A stretch of 63,970 nucleotides of DNA, filler included, from Cercozoa sp. M6MM (GCA_040357565.1; 12 parts of 12 records of this genome joined end to end with filler, not necessarily neighbours in it); one strand, 5' to 3'. Numbered from the whole stretch's first letter, positions 48,824 to 62,541 are shown. Notes: a model not told the origin generated them from the sequence alone. Numbers and translations are program-made.

Positions 48824-49289
48824 AATTTCAATGGTGAGTTCGCGATTCGGCAGAGAAACTGCGAGTAACATGCAAACGATATTTTGCTGTTCAATACTCA
48901 CCAAAGGAGCACAAAAACAGACATTTTAACTGCAGACCTTCTCACAGGTTCCGGGCTTGAGGACGAAAGCTCGTGTTGGCTGATGCCGCTCTTTTGGAGA
49001 AACGCCGAGATCCTCTCTGGGAAGCAAAAGCCCGACACTGGCATGCAGAAGAGGCTGCAGTTCCGGTCGTAGCCACAAGTACAGCTTGCGGAGCGGGGAG
49101 GCACGTTGTTACGAAACGGTATCTTCCATCCGGCCAGTCAGATCTCTGGTGCTNNNNNNNNNNNNNNNNNNNNNNNNNNNNNNNNNNNNNNNNNNNNTTA
49201 ATTAATTAANNNNNNNNNNNNNNNNNNNNNNNNNNNNNNNNNNNNNNNNNNNNCCCCACCCCTTTACCCTTTTACCCCCCCTGCCTTAG

Positions 49290-50410
49290 ATCGAGTCGCT
49301 CAAGCAGAGGAAAATTGAAGCCGTGGAAGCCAAAAAAGTCACTTCTGTTTTTGTTTGTGTGTTTTTTGTATTTTTGTGTGTTTTGTATTTTCGCTCTGTG
49401 TGCAGTTCCGCGAGGCCGGTGCTGCCAGCAAGGTAGTTCGTGTCAAGTGTGTCAGGTGTGTGTGTCCGCGCGGACGTGAACAATGTTGCTTGGAGATACA
49501 GGCACTGAAGGACCTTGAGGCCAAGCGCAATGAGCAGCAGGAGCGTTGTGAGGCCGCCGTGCTGGAAGTACCTACTACTACCTTGTCTACGACTACCTTG
49601 TCTACGACTACCTTGTCTACGACTATCTTGTCTACTACCTTGTCTACTGTCTGGAACAACCTTGTTGGTCTGCAGTGCGACGAGTTGCTGGCGCTCAAGG
49701 ATCAAGTGCTGGCGGGTACTTTACCCCCTCTCCCCTTACCTCCTTACCCCTCCCCCCCCCCCCCCACTCCCTGCAGATAAGGCGCGTCTGGAAGAGCAGC
49801 TTCGTCAAGCTGCTGCCGAGGCTGCTTCGCAGGTTTACCCCCCCCCCTACCCAGCCCCCCCTTTACCCCCCTGTACAGAAGGTGCAAGCGCTGTGCGAGC
49901 TGCGCGCGTGTGTCACCGACACCGACGCCGCGGCTGAGCAGGACGCCGATTTGGACGCCGTGCTGACTTTGGTACCAACAGACACGTGTTCCAGTCATGA
50001 GCGACCACTTGGCACATGTTCCAGTCCACTTGACACGTGTGCACGTGCAGCTGATCGATCAAAACGATCACTCGCCGGCAGACGCAGCGGACGCCGCAGT
50101 GACGCTGTTGGCGGTTTTGGACGACCAAGTGTCACTGCTGCGCGGCCGCTATGCTCTACCCGAGCCTAAGCCCGAGCCGGAGCCTGAGGCTTCTGAGTCG
50201 GAACCTCTGACACCTGAGCCGGAACCAGAGGCACCTGAGCCCGAGCTAGAGACTTCTGAGCCGGTGTCGGAACCAGAGACGTCTGCGGAGACGCCCCCTG
50301 AATCGCAGCCCGAAGGCACCGTCGCCGAGGAAACGCTCGAGTCGGCGCAACCGTCCAAAGTGACCACCGACGGTGCCGCTGACCGTGCCGAACCCGTCAC
50401 TCAGGGTATC
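49290..50410 (+). CDS. Coiled-coil protein with PE-rich acidic region; internal fragment
   Basis: Short exons IESLKQRKIEAVEAKK|FREAGAASK|IQALKDLEAKRNEQQ..., then EPKPEPEPEASE. Confidence 0.6.
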
Positions 50411-50563
50411 NNNNNNNNNNNNNNNNNNNNNNNNNNNNNNNNNNNNNNNNNNNNTTAATTAATTAANNNNNNNNNNNNNNNNNNNNNNNNNNNNNNNNNN
50501 NNNNNNNNNNCACACACACACTCATATTTAAAATAGCAGAAGCAAAACGAAAACTACACGACG

Positions 50564-51984
50564 CATTGTTCGCGCGACCTGTCGCGCCTGTTTGAAGCAG
50601 TCGTTGTTCAGCACAATCTTGGGGTTCATGCGACAGCCCACGAGCTGACCCGTGCCTTTCTCACATTGCAGCTGCACTTGCATGAACAGTTAAACTTGAC
50701 ATTCACACAATGGTCCAAAAGCTTCAAAGCCATCAACTTCAAACACTTTCAAGTTGTCACAACTATCCAAATTTGAAATCAAAGAAAAGCTTACACAAAG
50801 CTGAAGTTCGCCCCAACGATCGTCGCTTTTGATCTTGTCGGCGAACTCGACGGCGAGGTCGCGGTGACGGTGCGCTTCTTCCAGGGTGCCACCGTCGATT
50901 TCGAGAGTCGACAGCAGCAGGTGCGCTCGGCACACTGCCTCGGCCGCGTCGCCGCTTGACGAACCNNNNNNNNNNNNNNNNNNNNNNNNNNNNNNNNNNN
51001 NNNNNNNNNNNNNNNNNNNNNNNNNNNNNNNNNNNNNNNNNNNNNNNNNNNNNNNNNNNNNNNNNGGGCAAGGGGTAAAGCAGCCAAACTACCATCAGCA
51101 AGTGCGAGCAGAATCTCGAGGTTCTTCTGGAAGTTGCTGTCGCCATCGCGAGCCATATGCTCCCTGCAATGCAAAGAATAAAGAGCGAAAATGAAAGCAA
51201 TTGCGCAGAAATTGTCTACCAAACTGAGATGCAGGCACATGCGAGTTCGTTAAAGTCCTGACTCCGGTCCATAGGTAGCACGCGTGCGCCAAACGTGTAG
51301 AACACATTGTGCTATATGAAAGCTGTTAGTTTCATTCGCAAAAACAGAAAGAAAGAAAGAAAAAGAGAGAAAGAGAATGAAAGAATGAAAGAAAAAGAAA
51401 CCAGCGACCACCGCCGCAGGTGGAAAGAGAAAGAAAGAATGAAAGAAAGAGAAAGAAAGAGAAAGAAAGAAAGAGAAAGAGAAAGAAAGAAAGATACCAG
51501 ATTGATGAAGAGTTTCGAGCGCAGTTCTTTCGTCAGTAGGGAGGCGGCCTCGCCAAAAAAGGGCGAGCGCACCGCTGCGCCTAGTCGTTTCACCTGATCG
51601 ATCGGTGTCGGATTATGACTCTTGGCTGCAAGCTGCCACGACTGCAGCAGGGCGATCAACGACCCAGTGGTCTCTCGCAGCTTCCATTCGACCTCTGTGC
51701 AGTTGCCAAAGTCAGCAAGAACCACTGAAACCCAGGCCAACGCCTTCCCCTCGAAAAAGCCTCAGGCTTAGCCTCAAGCACCTTCAAGTCTCGGCGCGTC
51801 TCGCTGACCCGTGCGATCGCGTCGACGCAGACGAGTCACACTGCGCTAACAAAGTGATACTTCACCTCTGGGCTCTCGTGTCAACCGACAAAACTCACAT
51901 TTCGGGTTCAAAGACGTCGCGCGAGATCTGAATGGCGCCCGTGAGTGGCGCCATCGCGTCTCGAAAGTGCTGGATCAGATCCAT
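50564..51984 (-). CDS. Hypothetical helical (TPR-like) protein, 3'-truncated
   Basis: MDLIQHFRDAMAPL...; EVEWKLRETTGSLIALLQSW; HNVFYTFG; AHLLLSTLEIDGGTLEEAHRHRDLAVEFA. Confidence 0.5.
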
Positions 51985-52309
51985 GCTTCCTCCGCGCATT
52001 CAGTCCACTCCTTACAAGTCTCGGGTTAGAACACCGCGCGACTAAGCGATTAAAGCACTAAACCCTAGAGTTTGAACAACACCGATTATAAAAATTAAGA
52101 CCGACTGTTTGTACCGTACAGTTGAACCGGGCAACACGACCATCTGCACAGATTGGCTCGTGCAGGACTCTAAGGCAGTCACTAGGCAGCCACAGAATTG
52201 TAGAAGTAGGCAGAGCTAGGCATTCACGCTCTCACGACCAAGACCAGGTGGGGACGTGGTTTTGTATTTTTTTGCACTGTCACGTGGTTGGGATGTCTTT
52301 GGCTTAGAG

Positions 52310-53169
52310 ATGAGCGCGAAAGTGATGAAGGCGCTCGGCATCGATGTCGAGACGCTCACGAAGCAGCTCATCACTGGCGACGGTAATAAGTTCGAATTTC
52401 TTCGAGGCGTTTCTTGCTCGCGTTTCTCATGCTGCAACTTTCAGGCACGCTGAACCGCGATGAGTTCTTTATGTTCTGGGACAATCTGAGCAAGTGCAAG
52501 GGTCGCGAGGTACTTGGCTTGTGTTGCTCTCAAGTTGTGGGCAGGTTGATCAATTTCTTTGTTTTGTTTTTGTCTCCAGACGGCCATGTTTTTGCGCCAT
52601 CTCGTGCTGACGCTGATGGACGTAATTGAAGGCTTTGGGGNNNNNNNNNNNNNNNNNNNNNNNNNNNNNNNNNNNNNNNNNNNNNNNNNNNNNNNNNNNN
52701 NNNNNNNNNNNNNNNNNNNNNNNNNNNNNNNNNNNNNNNNGTTTACCCCCCTGTTTACCTCCTCTGCCCTGAGACAGGTGCTGGATGGCAAGAAGCAGTG
52801 CGCCTACCCGACGCAGGCGCTGATCAACACGATCCAGTTCGTGGGACTGTCGTTCCCGCTGCAGGCCGATATGCGACTGCAGCAGACTCTTAAGGTTTTC
52901 CCCCCTCTCTACCTTCCTTTGTTTTACCCCCTGTTTACCCCCCCTGTTTATCCCGTTTACCCCCCTCGCCACAGAAGTGGATCGAAAGCAAGATCGGCGC
53001 GCGTTGTCCTCGCGCTGACCGTAGTTTACCTCCCTCCCACCCTCACTCCTTAGCTCTCTGTTTGCTCTTTTACCCCCTGTTTACCCCCCGGTTTACCCCC
53101 CCCCCCCGGATGTTGCGTAATTTCGCAGGCGTGGTTCAGCAGTTGTTCCGACGCGTGGTGACGAAGGAG
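52310..53169 (+). CDS. Hypothetical protein with a degenerate EF-hand-like loop; partial
   Basis: ITGD|GTLNRDEFFMFW resembles the second half of an EF-hand loop (DGxIxxxEF). Confidence 0.4.
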
Positions 53170-53515
53170 GTGGGTTTATACCCCCCTGTTTACCCCCCTA
53201 CTTACCCCCATTAACCCCCTACTTATCCTCCTGTTTACCCCCCTGTTTACCCCCTACTTACCCCCATGTTTACCCCCCTACTTACCCCCCTGTTTACCCC
53301 CCTGTTTACCCCCCNNNNNNNNNNNNNNNNNNNNNNNNNNNNNNNNNNNNNNNNNNNNTTAATTAATTAANNNNNNNNNNNNNNNNNNNNNNNNNNNNNN
53401 NNNNNNNNNNNNNNCCCCCCCCCCCCCCCCCCCCCCGCTCCCTCCCCCTCCCCCCCCCTACCCCCCCCCCCCCCCCCCCCCCCGGCCCAGGGAGGGGGTA
53501 AGAACACGACACTAC

Positions 53516-53850
53516 GCGAAGGAGATAGCGCCAACGGTCAGGTGGACCATCTGCGCTCCCGCCGTGCGACGCAGAAAGGCGCGATCTTGGTCCACCCTAC
53601 CAACACACAGGCCAGATGGGGGTGCAACAAATACAAATTTAATTATATATATATATATATATTTATATGTATCTCCTACGTGATCTGCAGATCCGGACGT
53701 CGATCGCCGCCTCGGGTAGACGCCGCGTAAAGCACGGACTGCGCACGCGCTCGCAGATAAATACAAAAAAGAAAAAACAACAATAAAAAACAAGACACGC
53801 ACCGCGACATTGGGCAGGCCCATCGGCGCATTGTCCAGGACAAAACTCAT
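53516..53850 (-). CDS. 5' part of an unknown gene
   Basis: Spliced MSFVLDNAPMGLPNVA|SVLYAASTRGGDRRPDLQIT|VDQDRAFLRRTAGAQMVHLTVGAISF runs into the contig end. Confidence 0.4.
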
Positions 53851-55429
53851 TATTGAAAACACTTAGTCAGCACAGGTGCACACTGTTTCTCGCGCGAGTG
53901 CAAAAGCAAAAAAGAGCAGAAAATGCAGACCGACAAAAGATAAAAATAAAACACAGCCGCAGGCGATGTATCTCAATTGCTCGTCTTAGTGAATGCAGCG
54001 CTTTGCACGCGTAATATTTGGTATGTTCAAGTTAGTTATTGTTGATAAAGCGTACTTGGGCAGAGAAGCTACTCGATGACGAAACTGACGTTGTTTGCCA
54101 AGGTGTGACTCCTGGCTCCCCTTATTCTATACATCCGTACGTGTAGGGAACCTCCGATGGCAAATTGGGCGACTGCCCTTTCTCGCACAAGATCAACATG
54201 CAACTCAAGCATCAAGGGTATCTCCATTAAGAATCATACACATGCAATCTTGAGGTGACTTAGTTTGGAGCACGAAGTCGTCTGCGTCGATCTGGACAAC
54301 AAGCCTGACTGGTGGTACTCAATGCTCGTGACTGAGTGTGCCTGTGGTCAGTCCGATTGGTTGCAGGCTCCAGATGGGCCAAGACGGAAAGGCACCCACA
54401 ACGCCACTGCTCAAAATCGGTAAAAACGAACTGAAATCGGCTGGAAGAATACAAAAAAACGCAAGTGCCACTCCCTGCAAAACGTCATGAGTATTAACAG
54501 GTGAAAACACTCTTGTTCGATCGAGCGACGAGATCTCACGTCGGCTTCTCGTCGAACCAGATGACTGCGAAGATATTATGGTGTGTTCTTTTTTTTTTAA
54601 ATAACTCAGTCAACTGACCAGTTGTGCTGAATTAATTTCTAACGCAGCAAAAGTCAAGTGCTCTGTTTGGCAAGTTCGTTCGCTTTCTGAAAAAGAAGGA
54701 CAACGACTCTGCAGAACGAGCGGAATTCGAGCAAGGATTGCTCGACTTAAACGCGCTTGTTCAAGGTGACTTCATGTGTGGCAGCGAGCCGGTAGTGCCC
54801 ATTTTTCGAAACTGTGTCGGGACTGATTTCTTTTGTTCGAAACTTAGGGACGCGCCGATTTTGATCTGTGCCCAAAGCTTCTGCACGCGCAAACAATGCT
54901 CAAGCACACAAACAAGGTTCGAAACATCTGTTTGTACAGTAGTGCTCAGGCTCCATTGTGTGTTTTATTTGTAATCGAAGACGAATGTCTTGGAGTGGAT
55001 GCAAGAACACACGCCAGCATTGCACGCGGTCTATCAGAACGTGTGTGCACTGCCCTGCTGGGTAATCGAACTTTCTGCCACCCAAGAATCCTGGTACTGA
55101 AGATGAGCTTTTTAGGAAGCGACGCTGTATCCCGAAGAAACAATCGTTGCGGGTTGGTCCCGTCATCTTTGCTAAACTCTCAAAATCTGGCAACTGTATT
55201 AGCATTCATACAACATTAATTTTCGCCATAAAATCCGGCTCAACGGAGCCCATTGAGCTGATGCTACAATAGTGCGTAACGCAAGTGCCCAACACGCCAG
55301 GTGTGTCCCATTTGTTGCATTACCACTCGTGCGTTCAACGGTAGTTGCTGTACTCTTTGGCTATGAATTGAAATGATGGAGTGCGCAGTGAACATCGTAG
55401 TATGTCAGTATGTGTGTGTGGTGGACAGT

Positions 55430-56796
55430 ATGGCGGGACCGTCGCTGCGCGAGCGAGCCGAAACGGCGGCGCAGAAGTGCGTATGCAAGGCCGTGGCGCC
55501 CTTCCGCATCGAGCAGGCCGAGATGCCGCTCTTCTCGGCGCAGTGGTTCTCAGAGCGGCACCATACCGTCGTTCTGGCAGGTAGCTACGACATGTCCGTT
55601 TGTACCGATTTTGACACCATTATTGCTTAAGGCGGCGGTGGTGTTCCTGGCCGTGCTGTGCCAAGTGGCATGCTGCTGTGCCGAGTGGTACATCTCTGAC
55701 TTGACTGACTTGGCCTGACTTGACTGACCTGACTTGACTGACCTGACTTGACTTGACTGATGTCTTGTGTGTGTGTGTGTGTATGTGTGTGTGTGTGTGT
55801 ATGAGTGTGTGTGTGTCACAGTCGGCGGAAGGCGCTCTCGTCGTGTTTGCACGCGTTGACACCCATGATCACCTGGTCCGCGCGGATATTCCCAATATAA
55901 AAACCAAAAAAACACATGTAACAGGTTCGCACGGTGGTGCCACTGCCCGGCAATGAGTTCTTGGCCGCCGTTGGAATGTTCGTGCGTCTGTTCCGCTTCA
56001 CGGGTCAGCCGGACGCCGGCGACGTCAGCGGCGTCGAAGATCTCGGCGCCTTCCGCGCGGACTGGTACAAATCAAGCCACAGCAACTCAACTGAACGGCT
56101 TTAATCTTATTTTGCGAGTGCTGCAGGTCGGAGAAGCAGCCTGGCGTGTCATTGCTGCGTATGCACGCCGACACGAATACTTTGGTGCGTTTTGGGCGAC
56201 TTTTGTTGCTTTTGTTCAGTTTCGGCGAGTTTTGATCAGTTTCAGTTGTTTTGATGAGTTTTTTGTGGTTTTTGAGTTTTTTGTGTTTTTGGAGTTTTGC
56301 TTTTGCTTTTGTGGCTCAGCTGACGGTCGGATTCGACCGGCGCATGCGCGTGTGGGACTACAATCGCGTTGTCTTCAGTCAGGACGTGTCGTCGTACGTT
56401 TGGACCTCCCGCGCCCTTAACTAAAACAGTTTGTTTTTTTTTGTGGTGATTAGTTTGCTGAGTGAGACGGACGAAGACAAACCCGACACGCGTTTTCTTG
56501 GGTCTATTATTTCTTTGACTCGTACCCCCCCTTTTATCCCCCTTCTTACCCGCACCCTTGTGTAGGTACGAAAAGCCGCTGCCGAGTGGTCGCGCGTCGT
56601 CGCGGAAACTCGGCGCTGCTTTTTCGAACGATGGACGACTGTTGGCGACTGTGGACTGGTTTTGCCCCCCACCCATTTACCTCCCTACCCGCTCGCTTTA
56701 CTCTTGTGTGAGCAGTACGAACGTAGTGAAGGTGTGGCAGTGTGCCGCGCAGAAATTGCTGATTCAGCTGCGGTTCGACGACCCTGTGAGGTAGTT

Positions 56797-56840
<44 letters not shown>

Positions 56841-57284
56841 NNNNNNNNNNNNNNNNNNNNNNNNNNNNNNNNNNNNNNNNNNNNNNNNNNNNNNNNNNNN
56901 NNNNNNNNNNNNNNNNNNNNNNNNNNNNNNNNNNNNNNNNCACTGCTCGTCCCCCCCCCTTTTCCCCCCTTCTCCCCCCCCCCCCCCGTCCCCCGTCTCC
57001 TTCCCCCCCCCCCCCCCTGGTAGCACCAAGACGACGGTACGAGTGACGTCGTGCTGCTTCGCGTCGCTGTCTTGGTCAGCAGCAGGCATGCAGTTGCTGG
57101 CCACTGTCGTGTGCGAACCCTCGCAGCGGTAGTCTTCACTACGGGGGGTTAAAGTGAGGGGTACAGTGAGGGGTAAAGAGGGGGGTATAACCACAGTGAG
57201 CGCAAGAAAAAGGGCGCGCGACGCGCCTATGTGGTCGCTTGGGACGTCGCCAATTTCGCCGAGATTTCGCGCGCTGCCTTACCG
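55430..57284 (+). CDS. WD40 beta-propeller protein, Sec12/PREB-like; 3'-truncated
   Basis: MPLFSAQWFSERHHTVVLA|GGGVPGRAVPSG resembles the Sec12 GGGG loop; WD repeats TVGFDRRMRVWD, AAFSNDGRLLAT and VVKVWQ. Confidence 0.6.
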
Positions 57285-57404
57285 GTAGGGTTTACCCCCC
57301 CCCCNNNNNNNNNNNNNNNNNNNNNNNNNNNNNNNNNNNNNNNNNNNNTTAATTAATTAANNNNNNNNNNNNNNNNNNNNNNNNNNNNNNNNNNNNNNNN
57401 NNNN

Positions 57405-57453
<49 letters not shown>

Positions 57454-57499
57454 GAGCAGGAGTTCTGTGACAAAAGTTGGCTCTGTTGACGTAAAACTT

Positions 57500-59372
57500 A
57501 AGTTTACAAATCAACAGCGCCGAATCCATGCACAATGTCAGCAAGAAACTGGACAAGCAGATGTTGATGTTGCAGTCCGCTCACACTTCTTTGGGTAGCT
57601 CGTCCTGGCCGACAAAGTGGACGTGCGCGGCTCCATTGACGATGTCACCGAGATGGCATCGAGTGCGAAGATGCAATTCAACTGGCCGATGGATTCAAGG
57701 AACTGTCCGTGGCTGCATCGGTGTCTGACCTGCGCGAGATCAGGCGCCGGAAGCAACATCCCGGCAAAAGTTGACTTGTGCTCCGTGCTGACTCTAAGTA
57801 AACTGTCACCCCACCAAACCGTTTTTGCCTCAAGAGAGCGAGCTCATGATTAGGAGGAATGAAAGCGAGGTTTATGTTAGTACTCATCGTCGCTGCTGTC
57901 GGCGCACAGCAGACTGAGGTGGTCAGCGTCGTCGTCACCGCCAGCAGCAGCAGCAGTAGCACCGGTGTCAGTATCGGTATCGTCATTGGTGCAGGTGGGA
58001 GCACTGCCTCCGAGAGAGCGACGTCGGCAGCGCCGCAGCACCTGCGTCATGTGGATCAGCAGCGCTGCCTCGCGACGCGACACGTTGCCTGACACAATCT
58101 CTGATGTATACTATATATATATCTATATATCTATATCTGATATATATATATACATACATATGTATAGTAGACGTCATGTATATCTTATAAAATCTATATA
58201 TATATACATATAAAGATGTCAGTAGATACCAGTGGTGCGACGCACGACGGCGAGATCGCTCAGCGAGGCCAGCAGCGGTAGCCACACGTCCTGCTGGCCG
58301 CCAGCCTTGTCCGCAGTGTCCATGTCTGTGCCAGCCTTGTCCGCAGTGTCCGTGTCTGTGCCAGCCTTGTTCAACACTGCCGCCGCCTCTCGCAGTGCAC
58401 TGTGCACCTGCCGACTCTGGTCTGTCCCAGCAGGGTAGAGGTAAGAGGGTTAGGGGGGTAAAGGAGGCAAGGGTTACCGTCAGACGCATCGCAGACACGA
58501 GCGATACACAAAGTCAGCGAGGCACACAGCACCTGGGGGGGGGGGGGGGTAAAATGGTGTCGGGGGCGGGGCCAAAAGGGGGACATACCCTCACAGAGGC
58601 GTACTCGGCCGCACGGCGCTGCCGTCGCAGCGCCAAGGCGCGAAACTGCTGCTGCGACAGGTGCAGTGCACACGCCTGCAGACATAGGGTACGGGAGAGA
58701 GAGAGAGGGGGGGGGGGAGTTTTAGGGGTATGGTACCACCAGGTGCGCCAAACAAGTCGCAAACGAGAGGCCGCAACACTTGCTCGCACACACGCGGTCT
58801 CTCACCTGCAGGGGTAAGAGGGGTAAGGGGGTATGGGGGGTGGGGACAAAGCGTACACGTGTGTTGGCGCACATGAGATCAAAGAGAGCGCCGGTGACGG
58901 TGCTGAGTTGAGTGACCACATGGGCGGCACACGTGTCACCCTCACCGTCAGTGTCAGTGGTATCAGTGTCACCGTCAGTGTCGGTGGGATCAGTCTCAGT
59001 CTCAGTGTCGGCGTCACCGTCGGTGTGGTTGAACACGCGGAGACACGACTGCTGGAAGTCCTCCGTTCCTGCGACATCAGACCATCTTTACCCCATCTTT
59101 ACCCCCTCTCACCCCCTCTCTTCCTCCCACCCTACCCCTCTCCATCTTATCCCTCTCCTTTACCCCCCCCCATCTTATCCCCTGCACCCAGGCAGAGTGC
59201 GAGTACCGAAGGAATAGCCGTGCTGCACGCGCACGTAGTCGAACCGTCCTGCGTCGTACACGTCGTCCTCGTCTGTCACTTCAGCAGTTGTAGCCAGCGT
59301 AGCCACTGCTGTAGTGGTTGTAGCCAGACGACGACCCAGTTCGCTGCCTCGCTGACAACGCACTCGCTCCAC
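57500..59372 (-). CDS. Hypothetical protein fragment, multi-exon
   Basis: Exons with DTD-rich linkers, VVTQLSTVTGALFDLM, WLPLLASLSDLAVVRR, EAALLIHMTQVLRR. Confidence 0.4.
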
Positions 59373-59519
59373 TGTCGGGGGGGGGGGGGGGGGGAGAGGN
59401 NNNNNNNNNNNNNNNNNNNNNNNNNNNNNNNNNNNNNNNNNNNTTAATTAATTAANNNNNNNNNNNNNNNNNNNNNNNNNNNNNNNNNNNNNNNNNNNNT
59501 TCCACTCAAAGTGGCGCGA

Positions 59520-61283
59520 ACTTGGGTACTTGACCTACAGTTTTTGCAGTGCAGTTGCCAGTGCAGTCAGGCTGTGCAGCCGGGGCTTTCTTCATGCAGA
59601 AAACTCAAGTCACCACAGTGCCGCAGTCGGCGTGCGTGCGAGCAGCCGACAGGAATCGGTGCGTGTCTGATCAATGGCCAGGGGGAACTAGTACAGCACA
59701 GTGAGTAGGTGGTGTCGGAGTGTGACAGCACTGCACCTTCCAATGTGGCGGCGATTCTGTTCCGCGAGAGTGCTCGGGGAGCCTGGATTTGCTGCAGCAA
59801 CTGTTCTTCGACCCGGCGTCGTGCAGTGCGATGTCGGTGTCCGCTGTACAGTACACACACACAGAAGCAGTAGAGGATGCATGCGTTCGGGCTCAGTGCG
59901 GTGCCGCAGTTGCAGTTTTGGTTTCGAGTGTCAAGTGCCAGCTGGGTCTGCAGTAAACTAGAATGTAGCACTTACTCTGTCACGTGGTCTCGGACGGCCT
60001 TGGTGATCTCGGCTGCGAACTGCCGGCCTGCCAGAACCAAAACCACCAAACCAGTACTAGTGCCAGGTCCCCACGGTGAGTCAGTGAATACCGCAGCTGT
60101 GCTTACAGCAGCATCGCACAGCCACGAAGAGGAGATGAGTTGCAACGCACCGCTCTCGTGCAGCATCGTGTTGAGGTGGACGTCGTGCCGCAGTTCTTCT
60201 AGTCGCAGGTGGATCGAGTGCAGGTAGCTGCGCAATGAGGAATGAGGAGGAGGGGAGGGAAGGTGCACTGTGAGGATACTGGGAGGAGGGATAGGCGCCA
60301 CAGCTGAATGCACGGTGCGGTACCACGCAAAGGCGACGCTAGTGATCACGGCAGCAGCCAGGAAAAGGAACGGGGACAATACTGCTGTTGTGTGTTTCGG
60401 CATCAGCGGTTCAATGGCGCTAGTGTGGGGTATCGGGAGCGAGGGACAGAGTGCGTGTCACTAAACTTACAGTAGACGCAAAGACGACGAGAAGCGTGAA
60501 TAAAGACCTTCAACGCAGGAACGGGAGCAACCGCACCGAACATTGGTGCAGTCGGCCGCTACTGGCAGAAACGCCGAAAACTCCGACCGAGCGCGTTTCT
60601 TCAGGGTCGCGCACCACTAAGTTCACTAGTGACAGCAGCAGCAGCAGCAGCAGTTCCTGGAGCGGACTACTGTGTGCGGTGTGTAAGTTAAGTTAGCTAG
60701 GTCCTACCGACCGTGACAGGAGGGCAGAGTGCGTGTGCCGATGTCGTGTGCACCGACGTCGAGTGGAGTGTCGCTCGACTACGGCGGCGCCTGTGTGTGC
60801 GACGGAGGCAACTTCACCGCAGGAGCGCTGTGCGAACTCAGCGTCGAGAATGTCACCGACTCGCGAGTGTACAGCTGCTCTCACTCTCTCGGCCTTGGCT
60901 GCACTCTCATGCGGAGAGGCAACACTTTACGGTGTGCCTTCTGCCGTGTTGGCAGGTGTCGCACTGGCGATGGAACTGACATGGTCAACACTCGCTCAAC
61001 TCATCAACTCACCCACTCACTCACCCACTCACTCACTCACCCACCCAGCAACTACCCACCCAGCACCCACGCACTCACCCACCCAGCACCCACGCACCCA
61101 CCCACTCACTGCAGTGGAGCTTTACTGGTCCCGAGAGGCACGACAGCAAACCGCAGCTGCGGCACGACAGTGTGTGAATGTAGGGCCGGCAGTGCAGCGG
61201 CAACGGCGTGCGCTACGTCGAGTCCTCGTCGGCGAATGGCCATGTGCTGACGCCCGAGACCAGCCGAGCGCGCTGTCGCTGCT
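59520..61283 (-). CDS. Hypothetical membrane protein fragment
   Basis: TM-like exons LQELLLLLLLSLVNLVV and VLSPFLFLAAAVITSVAFAWY, with good gtgagt/gtaagt donors. Confidence 0.4.
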
Positions 61284-61431
61284 NNNNNNNNNNNNNNNNN
61301 NNNNNNNNNNNNNNNNNNNNNNNNNNNTTAATTAATTAANNNNNNNNNNNNNNNNNNNNNNNNNNNNNNNNNNNNNNNNNNNNGGGGGGTAAAGAGGGGG
61401 GTAAAATGGGGGGTAAAGAGGGGGGTAAACC

Positions 61432-62541
61432 TTGTCCGAGTAGGCCGTGTCGGCGGCGCCGACATCGACGTCGACCTGTACGCGCAGCTCGCCCGGCTTG
61501 AGTCGCCGACTGCCGCTCTGTCCATATGACCCGTCCAGTTGACCCGTCCAGTTGACCCGTCCATACGGACCCCGATAGATATGCACCCCACAGATATGGA
61601 CCGTCCATATGGACCGTCGATACCTCCTGCACCGTCACTCGGTTGCGCAGTCGCGAGCGCCGCTGCTGCGCCACGCGGTCGAGGTCTTCCAGCGCGCGCT
61701 GCAGTCGTCTCTGCGCCACGTGTGCGTGGAGTTATACCCCCCTCTTTACCCCCCTGTTTACCCCCCCCATACCCCATACATACCCCCCATATCCCACACC
61801 CCTACCCCCAGCATACCCCCAGTCTACCCCCCCCCCCCCGCTGGCGTTACCTGGTGTTTGGAGGCAGCGGCGCGTTTCTTGAGCACGCGTTCCATCTCGG
61901 AGCTCACCTGCATGCGCAGAGACTGCGCCTGCTGCGACAGCGCCTTGCACTCGCCGCGCACGTCGTCGCACGTGGCCGCTGCGTGTCGCACCGCCATGCT
62001 CACCTGCTGCTCCGGCACCGCGCGCAGCAACGCCTGCCTCAAGGGGGGGGGGGGTAAACAGGGGGGTAAAACCGCAACGACACACCACACAAAGAAAATA
62101 CATCAGCACGGATAAACAGGGGGGTAAAAAGGGGGGTAAACAGGGGGGTAAAAAGGGGGGTAAACAGGGGGGTAAAAAGGGGGGGTAAACAGGGGGGTAA
62201 AGACACACCTCGGCGAAGGTGCGCGTGGAGCGCGTGACAGCGGCGGCGCTGTCGAAAAACTGCGCCGCTCGCTGCGACGACGGCACCTCGTCCAGCACCT
62301 GTTCCTGCTGCCTCGACAGGTCCTCCTGTGTAGCCACACATGGACCGTACACATGGACCGTACAAATCAATGTTCAACTGGACCGTACAACTGGACCGTA
62401 CAACTGGACCGTACAAGAGTGTATGTACCAGAGTCTGCGCGAACTTGCGCGTCTCCTCCATCACGCGCGACGTGAACCACCGCGTCTTTTTGAGCATCGA
62501 TGCGCCGCCTTCCATGTACTCCAGGCGCTGCTCCAGCTCGC
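61432..62541 (-). CDS. F-BAR-like coiled-coil protein; internal fragment
   Basis: LEQRLEYMEGGASMLKKTRWFTSRVMEETRKFAQTL|EDLS resembles the FCH pattern G...L..L..F..R...E..YA..L..L, followed by helical exons. Confidence 0.55.

Noticed and set aside
51760-51900. Apparent in-frame TGA suggesting stop-codon reassignment or selenocysteine
   Set aside because: It is resolved by two short GT-AG introns, one of 27 nt. TGA terminates TFB5, RGP1 and the TLDc gene, and TAG and TAA also act as stops, so the standard code fits.
53640-53745. GMC oxidoreductase suggested by RPDLQI
   Set aside because: The motif falls about 30 residues from the apparent start, with no FAD-binding motif, and is too short to be meaningful.
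60729-60870. Plus-strand EGF-like segment GACVCDGGNFTAGALCE
   Set aside because: Splice signals and flanking exons support a minus-strand gene here, so it is likely a shadow ORF.
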